Source: an uncultured Campylobacter sp.
GTDB taxonomy: Bacteria > Campylobacterota > Campylobacteria > Campylobacterales > Campylobacteraceae
NCBI GenBank assembly: GCA_963518485.1
Contig: CAUQJW010000001.1
Location: 1-43,953 of the forward strand
Direction of reading: 5' to 3'
DNA: 43,953 bases
Under the pieces are notes generated by a model. The model saw nothing but the letters and a program-made list of their open reading frames with translations. It ran no database searches and was not told the origin of the DNA. This document shows positions 40,641 through 43,953 of this stretch, piece after piece. Within the stretch, counting starts at the first letter, position 1. Each line of letters starts with the position of its first letter. A program made the translations under genes and the position numbers.

Positions 40641-41167
40641 CAAAAACACTCCGAAGCGGTAGTTATATTATAATCCCTAGCAGCCCTAAAGCCTTCTATC
40701 GCGCCGCTTATACGTTTACTTTCTCCTGCGGCGATTTGCCCTTCAAAGATTATATTTTCTTTTAAGAACGGTTTAAATTTATTTATCGCATTTTTAAGTT
40801 TATTCTCCGAAGGATAATAAAATTTAAGTCTTATATTGCACCTTCTAAAAGGTTTTTTGGATAAGTTTTTTAGATTAAAATCGACGACCAAGGCATCGGT
40901 ATACGAAAGCCGTTTTTGCGAGATTAACTCTAGATTCCTAGCTCTCAAACGAGTATCTAAAAAATCCGATATAAAATAAACTCCGGCGGCTAAACCGAAA
41001 ATACTAAGAAACAGCATAAGGACGCCTAAAATTTGAGCCTTACTCATAACGTAAATGCTAACGACGAAAATAATCAAAAATAGCAAAAACGCCCACGAGT
41101 ACGAGACCCAGTCCATCCAGCTAAAATACTCGGCGTAAAATTTTAAACTATTTTGCAACTCAGCCAT
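40640..41167 (-). CDS. DUF2393-like membrane protein (tandem paralog)
   Basis: Same architecture as the neighbour, ending ECF. Confidence 0.65.
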   Translation of the reverse strand: MAELQNSLKFYAEYFSWMDWVSYSWAFLLFLIIFVVSIYVMSKAQILGVLMLFLSIFGLAAGVYFISDFLDTRLRARNLELISQKRLSYTDALVVDFNLKNLSKKPFRRCNIRLKFYYPSENKLKNAINKFKPFLKENIIFEGQIAAGESKRISGAIEGFRAARDYNITTASECF

Positions 41168-41912
41168 TGCGCGAGTTTTTCTCCTCTATACCGCTTAAAC
41201 CGAATCTAGACGCTAGCTCGGCTTTGATTTGATCGGGATGTATGCCGCGAGCCGCTAGAGCGATTAAGACGTGAAAGCACAAATCCGCCGCCTCGTAGAC
41301 AACGTCGCTTCTATGTGCGCTTGGATCTTTATCGGTTTTAAATTCGTCTTTGCCGGTTTTGGCGATTTTTTCTTCAAATGCGGCGTCTTTGCAGGCCGTT
41401 ATCAACTCGGCAGCCTCCTCGCCGATTTTTTTCAGGACGGTATTTTCGCCTTTTTTAAAAAGACCGGCGACGTAGGACTTTTGCGGATCGGCGTTTAGCT
41501 TTCTATCTAAAATAACGTGATAAATTTCGTCGATTATGCCGTATGCGGATTTTTTAGATTCTTTTGAGTCGTTTAGACTAGTATTCTTGCCGCCACGATC
41601 AATTTTTCTAAAAAAGCATGATTTTGCCCCAGTATGGCATGCCGAACCGCCGTTTTGAGTAACCTTTAAAAGCAACGTATCGTTATCGCAATCGAGAAAT
41701 ATTTCGTCTATAATCTGCGTATTGCCGCTTTCTTCGCCTTTTTTCCAAAGGCGATTTTTCGTACGAGAGAAATAATGAGCTAGACCGGTACTTAGACTTA
41801 AACTTAAAGCCTCTTCGTTCATATAAGCAAACATCAAAATTTCGCCGCTAGAGCTTTCTTGCACGATTACCGGAAGTAGCCCGTTCACCTTTCTCCAATC
41901 GACGCCTACCAT
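41160..41912 (-). CDS. hisIE: Bifunctional phosphoribosyl-AMP cyclohydrolase / phosphoribosyl-ATP pyrophosphatase
   Basis: Probable start at 41912; SRTKNRLWKKGEESG, DCDND, CHTGAKSCF, KKIGEEAAE, YEAADL. Confidence 0.95.
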   Translation of the reverse strand: MVGVDWRKVNGLLPVIVQESSSGEILMFAYMNEEALSLSLSTGLAHYFSRTKNRLWKKGEESGNTQIIDEIFLDCDNDTLLLKVTQNGGSACHTGAKSCFFRKIDRGGKNTSLNDSKESKKSAYGIIDEIYHVILDRKLNADPQKSYVAGLFKKGENTVLKKIGEEAAELITACKDAAFEEKIAKTGKDEFKTDKDPSAHRSDVVYEAADLCFHVLIALAARGIHPDQIKAELASRFGLSGIEEKNSRNG

Positions 41913-41999
41913 AAAAACTCCGAATTTAAAATATAATTTAATGCCTGCAAGCAAATTCTGAGCCAAATTCGGAAATTTATAAAAAATAAGAGGATAAAT

Positions 42000-42031
42000 T
42001 TTATCCGCGACGATTGCTAATCGCGGATAAA
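42000..42031 (-). terminator. Hairpin after the SPFH gene, probable terminator
   Basis: TTTATCCGCGA-N10-TCGCGGATAAA perfect 11-bp stem 5 nt past the stop. Confidence 0.6.
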
Positions 42032-42036
42032 TAGTG

Positions 42037-43137
42037 CTATTTCATAGAGGATTGATGCGCTTTATCTTTGGTATCCACCCAGATATTCGGCACCGCTCCG
42101 CCGGGCGTTAAAAATATCTTCGCGTCGTTGTTTTCGCGTAGCGCCTCGTTAAATTTACCCTGCGTCTCGATCTGTTTTAAATTTAGCAAATTTTGATCGA
42201 GGCTTTTTGCGACCTCTTTGTTTGCGTAGGCTTGCGCGTCGGCTTCGATCTTGGCCGCGTCCGCACGACCCTGAGCCTCGATGATGGCGGCTTTTGCCGT
42301 ACCTTCTGCGAGGGCTGCTTTTTTGAGCGCCTCTTGATTTGCGCGCTCTACTTCGTATTTGGTTCGCTCGGCCTCTTGTTTAGCGATTTGTACGCGCTCG
42401 ATCTGCTCTTTTACCTTTTCAGGCAGGATGATCTCGCGAAGTTGCACGGTTAGCAGCTCGACTGGTTTATTCGGCTGGGCGTCGATGTCCTTGCGGATAC
42501 CCTCGTCGATAGCCGTGGCTAGGTCGTTTCGCTTTGTCGGAAGCTCCTCGGCGGTGTATTTACCCGCGATACTGCGCACGACGTCGCGCACGACGGGATC
42601 AACGATCTTGTTTTCCCAGCTAAGCCCCCAAGACGCGATCGTTTGAGGCGCATTTTCCGGATTTAGGCGGTACTGCACGGTGATATCGATGCTGACGGGC
42701 AAGTTTCTCGCGTCCAAAACGGAGATCGAGTTTTTGCGGATGATACCCGCTTGAGCCTGCGCGCCGTACTTTTGCGCCGCCTCGCCCATATCTTCGCCCG
42801 AAGTGTAGTTGATGAGGCGTACGCGCGTATCGACTACGATGACTTTTTGCAAAAACGGGATAAAGAAGTGCAGACCCGGCTGCATCGGAGACGGGTCGTA
42901 TTTACCCAAATTTGACTTGATGCCCACTTCGCCCGAGTTTATCGTAACGAAAGGCTGCGTAAGCGCGATCACGGCCACGAGCGCGATGATGACGTAGGCA
43001 AAGGCCGAAATTTTGCCGAACCCTTTAAAATCAGGCGTTTTAAAATTTACTTTCGGCCCCTTGCTCTCGCCGCTGCTATCGTCTCCGCCGCCGGAGCCGC
43101 GTTTTTTATTAAAATAATCATTTAAATCTGCCGGCAT
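42037..43137 (-). CDS. SPFH/prohibitin (band 7) domain protein
   Basis: TM helix, GEVG, PGLHF.IP, coiled-coil AE/AQ-rich tail. Confidence 0.9.
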   Translation of the reverse strand: MPADLNDYFNKKRGSGGGDDSSGESKGPKVNFKTPDFKGFGKISAFAYVIIALVAVIALTQPFVTINSGEVGIKSNLGKYDPSPMQPGLHFFIPFLQKVIVVDTRVRLINYTSGEDMGEAAQKYGAQAQAGIIRKNSISVLDARNLPVSIDITVQYRLNPENAPQTIASWGLSWENKIVDPVVRDVVRSIAGKYTAEELPTKRNDLATAIDEGIRKDIDAQPNKPVELLTVQLREIILPEKVKEQIERVQIAKQEAERTKYEVERANQEALKKAALAEGTAKAAIIEAQGRADAAKIEADAQAYANKEVAKSLDQNLLNLKQIETQGKFNEALRENNDAKIFLTPGGAVPNIWVDTKDKAHQSSMK

Positions 43138-43145
43138 TTCGTTCC

Positions 43146-43953
43146 TTAAATGTAAGTTAGCATAGAAGCGTATTTTGGATTGCGTCCGTAAACTACGTCA
43201 AAATACGCGTCTTGTAGGCATTTAGTTACCGCTCCGCGCTCGCCCGCGCCGATCACGCGGTTGTCGATGTTGCTTATCGGAGTGACCTCGGCCGCCGTAC
43301 CCGTGAAAAACGCCTCGTCCGCAGTGTATGCACGGTCACGGGTAATGCGCTCTCTGCGCACTTCGATACCTAGATCGCGGGCGATTTTGATGACGGTGTC
43401 TTGCGTGATGCTAGCCAGGCTGCTGTCGTTTGGAGGAGTGATGAGCGCGCCGTCTTCCACGATAAAAAAGCACTCGCCCGGCCCCTCTGAGATATAGCCC
43501 TCGCTATCAAGTAGTAGCGCCTCGTCATAGCCCGCCTCTTTGGCCTCGTAGTTTGCCATTTGCGAGCAGAGGTAGTTCGAGCTTGATTTCGCGCGGCTCA
43601 TTTGACCGCCTACGTTTAGTTTGGCAAAGCTTGAAATTTTCACGCGGATGCCCTTTTTTAGCCCCTCTTCGCCTAGATACGCACCCCACTCCCATGCCGC
43701 GATTGCCGTATTTACGGGAGCTTTGGTGTGAGCTAGACCCATCACGCCGTAACCTAGATAAACGATCGGGCGCAGATATACGTTTGATTTAAAATTATTT
43801 GCGCGAAGTAGCTCGACCTGTGCGTCTTCGAGCTCTTTTTGCGTGTATTTGACGTTTAGGATCGTCATTTTGGCTGATTTTAGTAGGCGTGCGGTGTGGT
43901 CGCTAAGGCGAAATATAGCTAAGCCCTTATCCGTCATATAGGCTCTCGTGCCC
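43146..43953 (-). CDS. ilvE: Branched-chain amino acid aminotransferase (N-terminus outside window)
   Basis: IFRL.DH..RL, YLRP, AK...NY, EGPGEC, ITQDT, DEAFFTGTAAEVTP. Confidence 0.96.
   Translation of the reverse strand, partial: GTRAYMTDKGLAIFRLSDHTARLLKSAKMTILNVKYTQKELEDAQVELLRANNFKSNVYLRPIVYLGYGVMGLAHTKAPVNTAIAAWEWGAYLGEEGLKKGIRVKISSFAKLNVGGQMSRAKSSSNYLCSQMANYEAKEAGYDEALLLDSEGYISEGPGECFFIVEDGALITPPNDSSLASITQDTVIKIARDLGIEVRRERITRDRAYTADEAFFTGTAAEVTPISNIDNRVIGAGERGAVTKCLQDAYFDVVYGRNPKYASMLTYI

Noticed and set aside
1..43953. CRISPR arrays, tRNA/rRNA genes, integrases, poly-G phase-variable tracts, and the many antisense ORFs in the track
   Set aside because: No spaced direct repeats, RNA gene signatures, recombinase ORFs or long G/C runs were seen by eye; the antisense ORFs are shadows of well-supported genes.

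Overview
Chromosomal window from a Campylobacterales bacterium. Gene order, ~45% GC and abundant AAATTT/CTAG motifs suggest the oral Campylobacter showae/rectus group (inference). Most of the window is housekeeping: chemotaxis (cheA, cheV), lipid A (lpxH-like, lpxB, lpxA, fabZ), nrfHA, surE, carB, mreBC, clpX, tRNA/rRNA modification genes, moaA, trxAB, dapB, purF, hisIE and ilvE. The one accessory block (10118-12638) is a four-gene restriction-modification cassette fused to the end of the carB operon. It encodes an HTH + PD-(D/E)xK nuclease, a DpnD/PcfM-like protein, a DpnII/MboI-family endonuclease and a beta-class adenine methyltransferase. The endonuclease gene is split by an internal 341-bp inversion (11231-11571) bounded by 25-bp inverted repeats (24/25 identical). 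Flipping the segment restores a seamless 273-aa ORF. Each repeat has a TGAAAA-N6-TTTTCA dyad resembling the epsilonproteobacterial difH/XerH site. This is a candidate intragenic ON/OFF switch for restriction, possibly driven in trans by the chromosome-dimer resolvase. Secondary observations: an rlmB nonsense codon inside a perfect palindrome, a ~117-nt structured intergenic element, RAATTY clusters, glycosylation-sequon-rich proteins and probable leaderless genes.
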